A stretch of 64,000 bases of DNA from Candidatus Marinacidobacterales bacterium. Lineage in GTDB: Bacteria; Acidobacteriota; Vicinamibacteria; Marinacidobacterales; SMYC01. Under the pieces are notes generated by a model. It was given only the letters and a program-made list of their open reading frames with translations. It was not told the DNA's origin and ran no database searches. A program made the position numbers and the translations under genes. Where the stretch lies: NCBI GenBank assembly GCA_965250115.1, contig CBDFNJ010000002.1, positions 3,662,966-3,726,965 of the forward strand, read 5' to 3'. This document shows positions 49,291-59,487 of this stretch, one piece after another (the stretch's first letter is position 1; every line of letters starts with the position of its first letter).

Positions 49291-50433
49291 ATGAATTGTC
49301 GCCTTGCTTCCGCCGTCCTTGCCGGCGGCCTCGCGCTCGCCGCAAACCCGGGCTTCGGCCAACCGTCCCTTGAGGAGATCCCGGAGACCAACATTCTCTC
49401 GGGCTCACCGCTGCACATTCCGCTGCGGGGCCAGGACGCGGCGGGGCAAGCCATCAGCTACACGGCCACCACGAGCGACGGGCTCGTCACCGCCACCGCT
49501 CTCGAGGGCAATCGAAGCCTCAGGATCCGAGTCGCCGACTTCGGAGTGATGGTTTTCGAGCTATTCGACGGTCGCGCGCGTCGAGCCACCGACCGGATCG
49601 CGGAGCTGGCGGACGGCGGATTCTACAACGGCGTGATTTTCCACCGGGTGATCGATAACTTCGTCATCCAGGGCGGTGACCCCACGGGCACGGGCACCGG
49701 AGGCTCCGAGCTCCCCAACTTCGCCGATCAGTTCCACGTCGATCTCCAGCACAATCGGACCGGGCTACTTTCCATGGCCAAGGCGGTGGACGACTCGAAC
49801 AACTCGCAGTTTTTCGTCACCGAAGGGCCGCAACGAAACTTGGACTTCCAATACTCCATCTTCGGAATCCTCGTCCGAGGTGAGGACGTTCGCGAGGCCA
49901 TCAGCAACGTGGCTGTCGGCGGTGATGAGGGTGACCGACCGGTGGACGATGTCGTCATCGAGGCTGCCGAGAGCTTCGTCGACGAGCAGAACGGTGTCCT
50001 GATGCTCAAAGCGCCCGAGGGCGCGACCGGTTCCGTGAACGTGACTGTCACAGCTCGAAATCCGAGCGGACAGGAGGCGAGCCGGACGTTTCGGGTCAAC
50101 GTCACGCCGGATACAATCAACAGCGCGCCTTTCCTCGCCGACATCCCGGAGATCAGAACCAAAGTCGACACATCCGTCACCTACCAGCTCGTGGCACTCG
50201 ACGTGGAAGGCGATCCCGCTAGCTTCCTCGATCAGAACACCATGTCGGGCAACGGGATAGCGGTTCCCGTGATCGCCCACCAAAACCTGGTCCACAACGT
50301 TGACTTCGACACCGGTCTGCTCACCATCAACCCGACGAACGGCCTCACCGGCGCTCACCCTATCTCCGTAGCAGCGGCCGTCGCCGCAGCCGCCGTCGAC
50401 TATCAAATCGTCACCGTCGTCTTCGAGCCCTGA
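49291..50433 (+). CDS. secreted cyclophilin-type peptidyl-prolyl cis-trans isomerase with C-terminal Ig-like/beta-rich extension
   Basis: ATG 49291 with signal peptide MNCRLASAVLAGGLALAANPGFGQ. Cyclophilin core FHRVIDNFVIQGGDPTGTGTGG...FFVT. About 170 extra C-terminal residues. Confidence 0.8.
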   Translation: MNCRLASAVLAGGLALAANPGFGQPSLEEIPETNILSGSPLHIPLRGQDAAGQAISYTATTSDGLVTATALEGNRSLRIRVADFGVMVFELFDGRARRATDRIAELADGGFYNGVIFHRVIDNFVIQGGDPTGTGTGGSELPNFADQFHVDLQHNRTGLLSMAKAVDDSNNSQFFVTEGPQRNLDFQYSIFGILVRGEDVREAISNVAVGGDEGDRPVDDVVIEAAESFVDEQNGVLMLKAPEGATGSVNVTVTARNPSGQEASRTFRVNVTPDTINSAPFLADIPEIRTKVDTSVTYQLVALDVEGDPASFLDQNTMSGNGIAVPVIAHQNLVHNVDFDTGLLTINPTNGLTGAHPISVAAAVAAAAVDYQIVTVVFEP

Positions 50434-50490
50434 AGATGTACCTCTCCCTTTGGGAGAGGTCGGCGAGCGGAGCTCGCCAGGTGAGGGTGG

Positions 50491-51861
50491 CTAGCTAGCC
50501 GCAGGTGGGGTTTCGACGAATCGATGGGTATCGGGATGGTAGTCGAAGTGCAACGGTTGGGGCTTCGACGCTCCGGCAGTCAGTACCTCGAGGACGACCT
50601 TCCCCTCCTTCTCCACGAAGATCGCCGCCATGTCCGCGCTCTTCTCGTGGACGAGCTCTATGCTCGACGAGGTCGCACCGATGACTACGATGCCGAGTGA
50701 TTCCGCGAGCTCCTTGAGCTCGGCGACGGATTGCAGGAGATCGCTCTCACTGGAGAGCTTGTCGAGGTTGTCGACCGCAATCAGGCAGGAGGCGCCCGCA
50801 CCCGAACCGATGAGGCCTTGTCTCAGCTCACGCATCCGGGTGACGGCGAGACCCGGCTTCGACTCGACAACGTAGATGCGCTGCAGCCACTCGACGGCTT
50901 GCTCGCCAGTCCGAATGATGTTCTGCCACTGCTTGGAGTCCTTATTGAACTTCCCGGATCGAATCTGCTCCGCAGGTGCGCCGGACAAGCGCGACAGCGT
51001 CTGCAAGCGCAGCTACGCTTTCGAACGTTCGAACGACAGGTAGAGACAGGGAACGCGGCACCGAATGGCGATTTGATCGACGAGCTGCTTCAAGAAATCG
51101 AGACCCCGGCGCTGCTCCTTGCCACCGAGGAGCAACAACCCGGGGCCGAGACCGCCTCGCTCACCATCGAAGCCGTCGAAGCCAGTCTTCAGGTGCTCGC
51201 CCTGCTTCTTGGTGAGATCCGCCAGATAATGGAGCCACTCTCCGCTCTCGGGAGCCAGGATCTCCTCCATGGGCTCCTAAGACGCCTGCCGTAGCGGCGG
51301 GGCACCCCTTTCCGGCAGAACGACGTCCTCTTCCGGCAGCTGCGGCCGCATCGGGGATTCCGGTGCGGTCTCTGGCGTTGGCTCCTCGACTGGAGGCGGT
51401 TCCGGAGCACGGACCGTGACTGTCGGATGCGTTTCGGTCAGACGAGGGCTCGGCGCCGGACTCTCCTCCGCCGCCGAGGGAAGGCTCAGCTCGTCCCCCT
51501 TCAGATGCCCGATCCACTCCGTGAGCGTTTCCATCAAGGGTGCTTCGCCAGCGAATAGATCCTCCACGAAAAAGTCGTCGGGAACGCTCACCGACCGCCG
51601 AGCGAGCGCCCGCTGCAAACTGGTCACGTCCACGTTGGTCCCAGAGTGAGTCATCTCGAAAATGGTCGAGAATATCGACTTGGTGATGGGAAAGTAGAAG
51701 TCGCCTTCAGACAATTCCACGACGATGCGACTCTTGTGGGTCGAGCTCTCCGAATTGGCAGTCAGACACAGGGTCCGAAGGACGGAGGTCTCGAGATCGA
51801 GCAATTCTGCGTGTTCCATGCAAATGCTCCAGCTAGAATCCCAAGAATGGGACAGCATCAA
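50491..51861 (-). pseudogene. DnaB-like protein (DnaB N-terminal domain + Pro-rich linker + RecA-like DnaB C-terminal domain) with two in-frame TAG codons and a degenerate Walker A
   Basis: Track ORFs 51277..51861, 51013..51270 and 50491..51006 share one minus frame. They are separated only by TAG at 51277..51279 and 51013..51015. Continuous reading gives ...PLRQAS*EPMEEILAPESG...TGFDGFDGERGGLGPGLLLLGGKEQRRG...LYLSFERSKA*LRLQTLSRLSGAPAEQ...LIAVDNLDKL...IVVIGATSSS. The Walker A position reads GLLLLGGKE rather than GxxxxGK[ST]. Confidence 0.6.
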
Positions 51862-51981
51862 CAGCGATGTTTTATTGCTATACGTCTATGCTAGCAACAG
51901 AATGGCCGGCGCGCGACGGCCTCACTTCACACCTCGACAGAGAGACTTCACGGCGCAGCCGCTCGTCCGAGTCGAAAAATC

Positions 51982-53846
51982 TTATCCGTTTTCGGTGTAG
52001 AGCCGGCGCAAACTACGCCTCATGACTTTGTTGGAGGCCGTCCGGGGTAGAGCCTCGATAGCGACGACGTCATGAATCTTGAACAGAGGGTTCAGCCGCT
52101 CGGCAATGGCGCGACCCAGCTCGCGCCGCAGTGTCTCGTGCTCGAGATCGCCATGGAGCACGACATAAACGACGAGTTTCTCCGCTCCTTCCCCGCCCGG
52201 CTGCACGGCAACGGCGGCGCTCTCATAGACCGAGGGATGCTCGTTGACGACGCTCTCGAGCTCGAGAGACCCGACTTTGATGCCGCCCAGGTTCATGGTG
52301 TCATCGGCTCTTCCTTGCGCTTTGAAATAGCCGCCGGGAGCCGCGCGATCTGATCGCCGTGACGCCCCAGCACTTCCCCCTTCGGCCCCTTCGGGCATTT
52401 GCCGTAATAGACCTCGTCGTGATTCTTGTTCAGAAGTGTCTGCGACAAACCGAGAGCGGGGGGCACCAGGTAGAGCTCTCCCATCTTCCCTTCCGGGACC
52501 GGCGAGTCGCGTTCGTCCAGAATCACGAATCGCGTCCCGAGCGCGGGAGTGGTGAAGGTAGCCGGCGACGCGGGCTGGAGCACGGTTCCCGTCAGGTGAC
52601 CTCCACCGATCTCAGTGCCGCCGAGGTACTCGATGATGGGAGCTCGATAGCCGGCGCGGCTCATCAGCCACGAATAGTCGTCCGCGTTCGAAGCCTCCCC
52701 CGTCGAGCTGAACAGACGAAGCTTTGACCACTCCCCCTCCTCGACGCTCTCTTTGGCGCGCCAGTTCTTGACCATCGACGGCACGACCCCCAGCATCGAG
52801 ACGGCCGACTCTTCGACGAAGGCCGTGAAGCCCCTGCCGGCCGGTGCTCCTTCGTAGAGCGCTATCGTCGCGCGATTGATCAAGCTCGCGTAGATCAGCC
52901 ACGGACCCATCATCCATCCGATGTTCGTAGGCCAGCAGACGACCTCGTTCTCGTGAACATCCTGATGAAAGTGGGCGTCCATCGCACACTTCAGCGGCGT
53001 CAGCTGTGTCCAGGGGATCGCTTTGGGGTCCCCCGTCGTTCCAGAGGAAAAGAGCACGTTGGTAGCGTGGTACGGATCGGCGAGGTGCGCCTCGAGACCT
53101 TTGTCCGACAAGAAGTCGTCCCATGCGAGGTCTCCTGAGTCGAGCGTCTGAGGGCGAAGCACAATCGCCGTCTCGTCTGTCCGGGCCTCCCGAGCCTTCG
53201 AGTAGAGGCCTATGTCGCGGCCCGCGCGTCGATAGCTCGAGACGGTCACGACCGCGCGGGCATCCGCGATCCGCATCCTTCTCCCGAGCTCTTCCGCCGA
53301 AAAACTGTCGGCGACCGAGACAACACGGCATCCTGCGCGTACCGTACCGAGATAGGCCACGACACATTCGGGTGTCATCGGCATGTAGAGCGCGATCGCG
53401 TCGTTCTTCTGGAAACCACGCGTGTCGAGACCCGCTGCGAATCGGTCGACGAGCCGCTCGAGCTCACCGTAGGTGATCGTCTCCGGCGAACCCCCTTCCT
53501 CTCGGCCGAAGAGGATCGCCGGTTTGTCCGGCGCGGCTATGAAACAGCTTCTCGTGATCTCGAGCTCCGCCCCCGGAAGCCACCGCGGATCGCGGACTCC
53601 CTTCGTCAGGTCGAGGATCCGCACGGGAGCCTTCTCGAAGAGGATGCCGAGGCGGCCGATCGTTTTCTCCCAGAACGCCTCGAGCTCGTTTACCGAGAAG
53701 CGGTATAGATCATCGTAATCGTCGATCCCCACCTCTCGCATCAAGGCCAAGAGGTTCGACCGCTCGCGCGTTCGCGAGTCGGGTCTCCACGCGATCTCGA
53801 GATTCGCGTCCATCGAATCCATCTTATACCCCGAGCCCGACAGCAA
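51982..53846 (-). pseudogene. AMP-dependent synthetase/ligase (acyl- or acetyl-CoA synthetase-like), frameshifted between core and C-terminal domain
   Basis: 52293..53846 encodes the adenylation core (SSGTTGDPK, YGGTEIGG). 51982..52398 encodes AMP-binding_C (GGYFKAQGRADDTMNLGGIKV...PRTASNKVMRR) in another frame. The switch lies at about 52300-52330 (RHGDQIARLP / GGYF), consistent with a 1-nt indel in a G/C run. Confidence 0.75.
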
Positions 53847-54045
53847 TGGTAAGGTGCCCGCATACCGTCACGAGACTACGAAGTCATCGTCATCGGAACC
53901 GGTCAGACGGAAAGCCGCTCGCGAAGGCCTTCGCCCAGGTGGGAAGCGGGTCCGCCTCGACGACGGACCGGCTCGTTCCATACACTACAAAGACACGACC
54001 TGCTCTCGAGCGTTGGAGACTATTGGACCAATAACGGGGAACGTA

Positions 54046-54636
54046 ATGTTGCGTGAACACAAAGACGATGTCGTAGCGGTGGCTCTACTGATTTCCGTCG
54101 CGGCCGCCGTCTCCTACAATTACTTCACGATCGTAGAATATCCGAGCCGTGACGACAGGCTTGAGCTTCACCGCTCGATCGTCGAGGGCGCGGCCCCCTC
54201 TCCTTACAACCATCGCGTATTGATCCCCTTTCTGGCGACCGTCCTCGCGAATTCTCTAAGAAGCCTGGGCGTCTCGTCCCTTTCGAGGGCCGTAACACTC
54301 TCTTACAGGTTCCTTGATTTGGTCGGATGCACGCTTTTTCTTGTGACCCTTTTCTTTTTCCTCAAGAAATGGCACCCGCCGCTCATGTCTCTAGTCGGGA
54401 CGTTGTTTTGCGCGGCGCTTATACCCATTTCACTAAGGGATCACTCCTTTAAGCCCTGGTCTTTGTTTGAAGCCTGGTTCTTTTGTATAGCGATGCTCGC
54501 GACACTCCGCCGACGCCATGGACTCCTCTACTTGATTACCATTCTGGCCTATTTCAACCGTACCACCGGATTGTTCGTCCCTGTGATCTACCTGGCAGGA
54601 GCTTTCGATTTCGAATCCATTAGAAAAAGGGGTTAA
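54046..54636 (+). CDS. hypothetical polytopic membrane protein; 3' end (stop codon) supplied by the ISL3 inverted repeat
   Basis: Start MLREHKDDVVAVALLISVAAAVSY (ATG 54046). About 6 TM segments. The stop codon TAA lies within the ISL3 terminal repeat, so the native C-terminus has probably been lost. Confidence 0.55.
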   Translation: MLREHKDDVVAVALLISVAAAVSYNYFTIVEYPSRDDRLELHRSIVEGAAPSPYNHRVLIPFLATVLANSLRSLGVSSLSRAVTLSYRFLDLVGCTLFLVTLFFFLKKWHPPLMSLVGTLFCAALIPISLRDHSFKPWSLFEAWFFCIAMLATLRRRHGLLYLITILAYFNRTTGLFVPVIYLAGAFDFESIRKRG

Positions 54637-56013
54637 CGCGGATTCGTGTGGGTAAGTTCTGACGGAAAAACAGTGTAACTCATTGTGTGGAAAAGGTATC
54701 GAGTACTTCATCAGGTGCTGAAAAGTGGTCCATTTTTAGGATAGGCTAACCGAGTGAAAAATTCCCAGTCGATCCGCTCGCTGTTTGCGCTGCCAGGTTT
54801 CGTGGTTGGTGCCGGATTGAAGGGTCTATTCGGTGACCGATACGCCCGCGTCATCCAGCTCAAGAGGCGAAAAAAACAGCTGTGTGCTCTTACTGTGGGC
54901 AACGGTGCCGGGGGCGCTATGACAAGCAAGTGTGCCGGGTCCGCGACCTGTCGTTGGCAGGCTGGCGGATCTATATGGAATACGAGCGTTGGCGCGTCAA
55001 CTGTCCTGGGTGCGGCGGTGTGCATGTAGAACACCTAAGACTGGCTGGCGAACAACTCGCGCTACACCTAGCGTTTTGCGACGCATGTGGGCAAGCTGTG
55101 CCGGGATATGCCGAACAAGGCGGTGGCCGAGATGGAACGTCTGCACCACGGTACGGTGAAGGCTCTGGATACGCTCTACACGCAAGAGCAGGTCGACCGG
55201 GCGGGGCTACCGGCGCCTCGGGCCATCGGTGTCGATGAGATCTCCATCCGCAAGGGACATAACTATCGCGTCATTGTCAGCGACCTGGAGCGGGCGCGTC
55301 CCATCTGGGTGGGCGGTGAGGGTCGCAAAGAAACCGACATCGATTTGTTCTTCAAGGCGCTGGGCGGAAAGAAAAGCGCCCGTATCAAGCTGGCCGCCAT
55401 GGATATGTGGAAGCCCTTCCGGAACTCGGTGATTCACAACGCGCCTAATGCGCGGATCATCTTCGACAAGTTTCATATCATGCGTCATCTGTCAAAGGCC
55501 CTCGATGAGGTCCGGCGCGGTGAGTACAAACGCCTCAGCGGCAAGGACCGGTCGTACATCAAGGGGCAGCGTTACACTTTGCTTTCCCGGCGGGAGAACC
55601 TGAGCCTAGACGGTCGCCGCGTACTCAAAAAGTTGCTCCAGGCCAACCGGCGCCTGAACACCGCCTTTATTTTGAAGGAGGCCTTCGGGCAACTCTGGGA
55701 TTACCGCACCGAACGCGGCGCTCGCGCCTTTTTCACTCGTTGGAAAGACAGCCTCAAATGGCAACGCCTGCATCCGTACCAGAAGTTCGCCGGTATGATT
55801 GAGTCCCATTGGGATGGTATCGCCTCCTACTGTCATCCGGAGAACAAAGTCAGTCTCGGCCTAGTTGAAGGGGTCAACAACAAAATCCGTGTGCTGCAAC
55901 GACGCGCCTACGGCTATCGCGACGAGGAATATCTCAAGCTGAAGATCGTGGCGGCTTTCCTTCCGCCATTACCCAGAAATGCCGTCTTCAACCCACACGA
56001 ATCCGCGTAGACC
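54630..56013 (+). mobile_element. ISL3-family insertion sequence, copy C (1384 bp), transposase inactivated; no target-site duplication
   Basis: Same IRs as copy A. It carries the A7 run at 54870..54876, plus a 1-bp insertion (cctaAgactgg, about 55035) and CAG-to-TAG (acacctagcg, about 55068). Flanks tagaaaaa / ttatttca do not match. Confidence 0.85.
54754..56010 (+). pseudogene. ISL3-family transposase, disrupted (A7 frameshift site + 1-bp insertion + nonsense)
   Basis: Track pieces 54754..55029, 54882..55238 and 55087..56010 together cover the transposase seen intact in copy A. Confidence 0.8.
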
Positions 56014-56100
56014 CTTATTTCATTGGTACTGTTCTACTTGGATCGGGAACTATACGCCTCGAGCCGGCAGAGGCCCAGTCAACAAGGCTACACGAGGTGA

Positions 56101-56272
56101 AAAGTCTGAGCTTGTCTCAATCACGAGTGTCCGTTGGATGGAAAACCGCATCCTGGGCACCGCCATCATCGGCGTCGGCGGCGGCGAGGTCATGACGGTG
56201 CTGCAGGTGGCCACGATGGAAGGACTTCCCCACACGGCGATTCGCGACTCCGCTTTCGCACATCCCACGTAG
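56101..56272 (+). pseudogene. C-terminal fragment of a pyridine nucleotide-disulfide oxidoreductase (Lpd/MerA-like dimerisation domain)
   Basis: ...ENRILGTAIIGVGGGEVMTVLQVATMEGLPHTAIRDSAFAHPT* matches the conserved dimerisation-domain end (ILGAHIIGP.AGE.I.E...AME.G.T.EDIA...HAHPT). No upstream part of the gene is present. It abuts the ISL3 copy C end. Confidence 0.5.
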
Positions 56273-56424
56273 TCCGAGTCTCTTAGCAACCTCTTCGCGC
56301 AGTTATGATCCTGTGAACCTCGTCATAGACGCGACGCCGCCGTAGCGGCACTCTCGTAACATGATCGGGATTGAAGGGCTCTCCGAGCACGTCGTGGTAG
56401 TCTTCGCTAGCAGGAAGATATCCG

Positions 56425-56988
56425 TTGAGCACGGAGACCCACGCCGAAGACAAAGAGCTGAGCGAAGCTATGGTCGCTTATCAGCGCGGCAAGCTGTCCG
56501 CCTTCGAGGAGTTGTACCGTCATTTCGCACCCAAGCTGAGGGGATATCTCGCCGCACTGACCTGGGACCACGCTTTGTCGGAAGATCTGCTTCAAGAAAC
56601 GTTTCTACAGATGCATCGGTCCCGGCGAAGCTACATTCCGAGCCGTCCCGTAACCCCTTGGGCTTTCGCCATCGCGCGGTACGTCTATCTGATGGACCGG
56701 CGCGCCTCGACCCGACGCAGGAAGTTCGAGGTGGGGCAGCTCGACGTGCTCCCGGAGATCCCTGTGCCGGCCGCGATGGAGGGTTTCGCGACGCGCGGCG
56801 TCCTTCTCAGAGCGCTCGGAGAGCTGAGCGACGAGCGTCGAGAAGCCGTGCTGCTCCACCACGTCTGGGGCTTCAGCTTCGGAGAAATCGGCGCGATGCT
56901 CGGCATTCGCGAGGGCGCGGCCAAGCTGAGAGCCCATCGCGCCCTGCAAGCGCTGCGCGAGAACGTCACTCGGGATGACGGGAGATGA
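56425..56988 (+). CDS. ECF-subfamily RNA polymerase sigma factor
   Basis: Sigma-70 region 2 (FEELYRHFAPKLRGYLAAL...DLLQETFLQMH) and region 4 (DERREAVLLHHVWGFSFGEIGAMLGIREGAAKLRAHRALQALR). TTG start in the track; alternative ATG at 56470. Confidence 0.85.
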   Translation: MSTETHAEDKELSEAMVAYQRGKLSAFEELYRHFAPKLRGYLAALTWDHALSEDLLQETFLQMHRSRRSYIPSRPVTPWAFAIARYVYLMDRRASTRRRKFEVGQLDVLPEIPVPAAMEGFATRGVLLRALGELSDERREAVLLHHVWGFSFGEIGAMLGIREGAAKLRAHRALQALRENVTRDDGR

Positions 56989-57667
56989 AACGGCGATGAT
57001 TCGGAACGGCTCGTACGAAAGGATCCGCGACGAGATTGCCCGTGACCTGACTCCGGTCACACCGATCCGTCCGGGATGGCAGACCGCGCTCGTCGTACTT
57101 CCCCTTGGTCTGTTCACCCTCAGCGTGGTGCTCCTCGTTCTCGGACTTCGCGCGGACGCGCCCGTCATCGGAGCTTGGCCTCTGTGGGGTCCGCCCAGCT
57201 TCCTCATCGGAGCGGCCTATGGGATTCTCGTTCTGGCGCTCGTTCAGCGCGCGCCGGAGTCGACGACGAGCTGGGTTTGGTGGGCGATCCTTCCTCTGGT
57301 CGCCCTCGGAATTCAGGTTGGCGGGGCGTATTGGACACTCCACTACTCTGGGGGTCTGATCGTCGCGGGGTGGCAGACGGAAGCGAGGTGCTTTCTCGGA
57401 ATCTCGCTCCTGGGCGTGCCGCCGTTGCTCCTCGTGCTGTGGCTGCTTTCTCGGGGCCTTCCCCTTCGACCCAAGATTGCGGGCCTTCTCTCCGGGCTCG
57501 CGGGAGGGCTTCTCACAGACGGGATTTACCGGCTCCATTGCAGCATGTCGTATCCTCGCCACATCGTGACCTTTCACACGGGAGCGATTCTCGTGATAGG
57601 AGTTCTCGGCCTGCTGGCGGGGCTCTGGTGGGAGCGACAACGAGCGCAAAACTTCGCCGCGCGCTAA
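56975..57667 (+). CDS. polytopic membrane anti-sigma factor, NrsF/DUF1109-like
   Basis: Overlaps the sigma gene's 3' end. About 6 TM helices. The size and position match the sigmaF-NrsF arrangement known from Caulobacter. Confidence 0.6.
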   Translation: MTGDETAMIRNGSYERIRDEIARDLTPVTPIRPGWQTALVVLPLGLFTLSVVLLVLGLRADAPVIGAWPLWGPPSFLIGAAYGILVLALVQRAPESTTSWVWWAILPLVALGIQVGGAYWTLHYSGGLIVAGWQTEARCFLGISLLGVPPLLLVLWLLSRGLPLRPKIAGLLSGLAGGLLTDGIYRLHCSMSYPRHIVTFHTGAILVIGVLGLLAGLWWERQRAQNFAAR

Positions 57668-57693
57668 ACTCCGCTAGTTAGCGGAGGCCCGCC

Positions 57694-58698
57694 GTGCAAA
57701 ACATTTGTCCAGGGAATGTCCCGAGCCACGCGATCACCGCCGAAGAGCTGTTCCTCGACCGGCGACGCTTCCTGACGGCGCTCGGAGTCGGTATCGCCGC
57801 CGGGCCGAGCCTCTTAGCGTCACCTCAGCCCGAGCTGCTGGTGCCTCCCTACGAGAACGATGAGGTCTTCCCCGCACGAACGAACGAGGCCTTCGCGCTC
57901 CCCGAGGCCATCGAGCGGAAACGATTGACGCCGAGGGAAGTCGCGGCGAAACACAACAACTTCTACGAGTTCCTGCCCGGCCGGGGCGGAGAGGTTTGGC
58001 GTCATACCGAAGCCTACGAAGTCGAACCGTGGAAGGTCGAGATCACGGGAGAGTGTCACAAACCCTCGACGCTCGATTTGGACGACCTCCTGAGCTTCGA
58101 CCACGAGGAGCGGATCTACCACTTCCGTTGCGTCGAGCGCTGGGCGATGAACGTACCTTGGACCGGCTTTCCGCTTCGCAAGCTGATCGAAAGGGTGGAG
58201 CCGAAAGACTCCGCCAAGTATCTCCGATTCGAGTCCGCGGCGAAGAATGGCGAGATGCCCGGAATCCAAGAAGCCCACTACTACCCGTGGCCCTACCGCG
58301 AGGGTCTTCGCATGGACGAGGCCACGAACGCGCTCGCCATGGTCGTGACCGGCGTCTACGGCAAACCTCTCCTGAAGCAGCACGGCGCTCCCGTACGCAT
58401 CATCGTTCCCTGGAAGTACGGCTACAAGAACCCCAAAGCCATCATCAAGATAGAACTTCTCTCGAAGCAGCCCGAGACGTTCTGGCAGATCCAGCCCCAC
58501 GAGTACGGGTTCATCTCCAATGTGAACCCCTTTATCCCCCATCCCCGCTGGAGTCAGGCCGAGTCGTTCTGGCTCGACGACCAGGAGCGGTTTCCGACGC
58601 CTATTTTCAATGGTTATGGGAGTTACGTGGCCGACCTCTACCCCGAGAAGCCCCGAAGACCGCAAAAAGCGTTGGTCCCGGGGGAAAAAGCTCGCTAG
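57694..58698 (+). CDS. msrP: protein-methionine-sulfoxide reductase catalytic subunit MsrP (YedY-type molybdoenzyme)
   Basis: Tat motif DRRRFLTALGVGIAAG. Sulfite-oxidase-family Moco domain (KHNNFYEF, HFRCVERWAMNVPWTGFPL, PVRIIVPWKYGYKNPKAI). GTG start in the track. Confidence 0.9.
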   Translation: MQNICPGNVPSHAITAEELFLDRRRFLTALGVGIAAGPSLLASPQPELLVPPYENDEVFPARTNEAFALPEAIERKRLTPREVAAKHNNFYEFLPGRGGEVWRHTEAYEVEPWKVEITGECHKPSTLDLDDLLSFDHEERIYHFRCVERWAMNVPWTGFPLRKLIERVEPKDSAKYLRFESAAKNGEMPGIQEAHYYPWPYREGLRMDEATNALAMVVTGVYGKPLLKQHGAPVRIIVPWKYGYKNPKAIIKIELLSKQPETFWQIQPHEYGFISNVNPFIPHPRWSQAESFWLDDQERFPTPIFNGYGSYVADLYPEKPRRPQKALVPGEKAR

Positions 58699-58750
58699 CC
58701 CTGTAACCAATCGAAGCTCCCCCGCAAAGTAGTACTCGAGAGGTGCAGCA

Positions 58751-59437
58751 ATGCGGCAATTCCGAACCAAGAGCTTGAGCGCGTTCGACCTTTTCGAGAG
58801 TTTGGAGCCACGGGAGCTACGGGAGCTTCAGGCTTCTACGCCGGCACGAACCGCCGACAAGGGCCGACTCGTCTACCTGCCCGGAGATCGCCCGGAGGCG
58901 GTGTACTTCCTCGTCGAGGGACGCGTGAAGCTTTCGCGCCTTTCAACGTCCGGCAAAGAGTTCATCCTGGCGATTGTCGAGCCGGGGAGCTTCTTCGGGG
59001 AGACCGGCGTCCTGGACGAGAGACCGCGTGAAACGATGGCCGAAGCGCTCGAGACTTCGACGTTTCTCGTCGTACGAGCTTCGGTTTTTCGGGGGCTGCT
59101 GAAGCGGCGTCCGGAGCTCCTCATGAAGCTTGCCCAGCTCATGGGGCGACGCCAGACGCAGCTCGAGAAGCAGCTGATGGACGTGGTCTACAAGAACGCC
59201 CCTCAACGCCTCGCCGATCTCCTCCTTCAGCTCAGCGAGCACTACGGAGTGCGAGACTCTCGAGGCATTCTCCTGCGCATCAAGCTCAGCCAATCGGCCC
59301 TCGGTAATCTCCTCGGCGTGAGCCGTGAGATCGTGAACCATACGTTCTCGGGGCTGAGGCGGAGCGGTGTCATCGTGATCGCGGACGGTCGGGTCATCAT
59401 CCAGGACCCGGGCGCGCTCGCAGCGCTCGCGGCCTAG
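58751..59437 (+). CDS. Crp/Fnr-family transcriptional regulator
   Basis: cNMP-binding fold (VYFLVEGRVKLSRLSTSGKEFILAIVEPGSFFGE) and a C-terminal HTH (SQSALGNLLGVSREIVNHTFSGLRRSGVI). Confidence 0.85.
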   Translation: MRQFRTKSLSAFDLFESLEPRELRELQASTPARTADKGRLVYLPGDRPEAVYFLVEGRVKLSRLSTSGKEFILAIVEPGSFFGETGVLDERPRETMAEALETSTFLVVRASVFRGLLKRRPELLMKLAQLMGRRQTQLEKQLMDVVYKNAPQRLADLLLQLSEHYGVRDSRGILLRIKLSQSALGNLLGVSREIVNHTFSGLRRSGVIVIADGRVIIQDPGALAALAA

Positions 59438-59487
59438 CTGGCGAAGGCGGCCTGGAGGCCGAGCCGCGCTTGGGTTAAACTCCGCGG

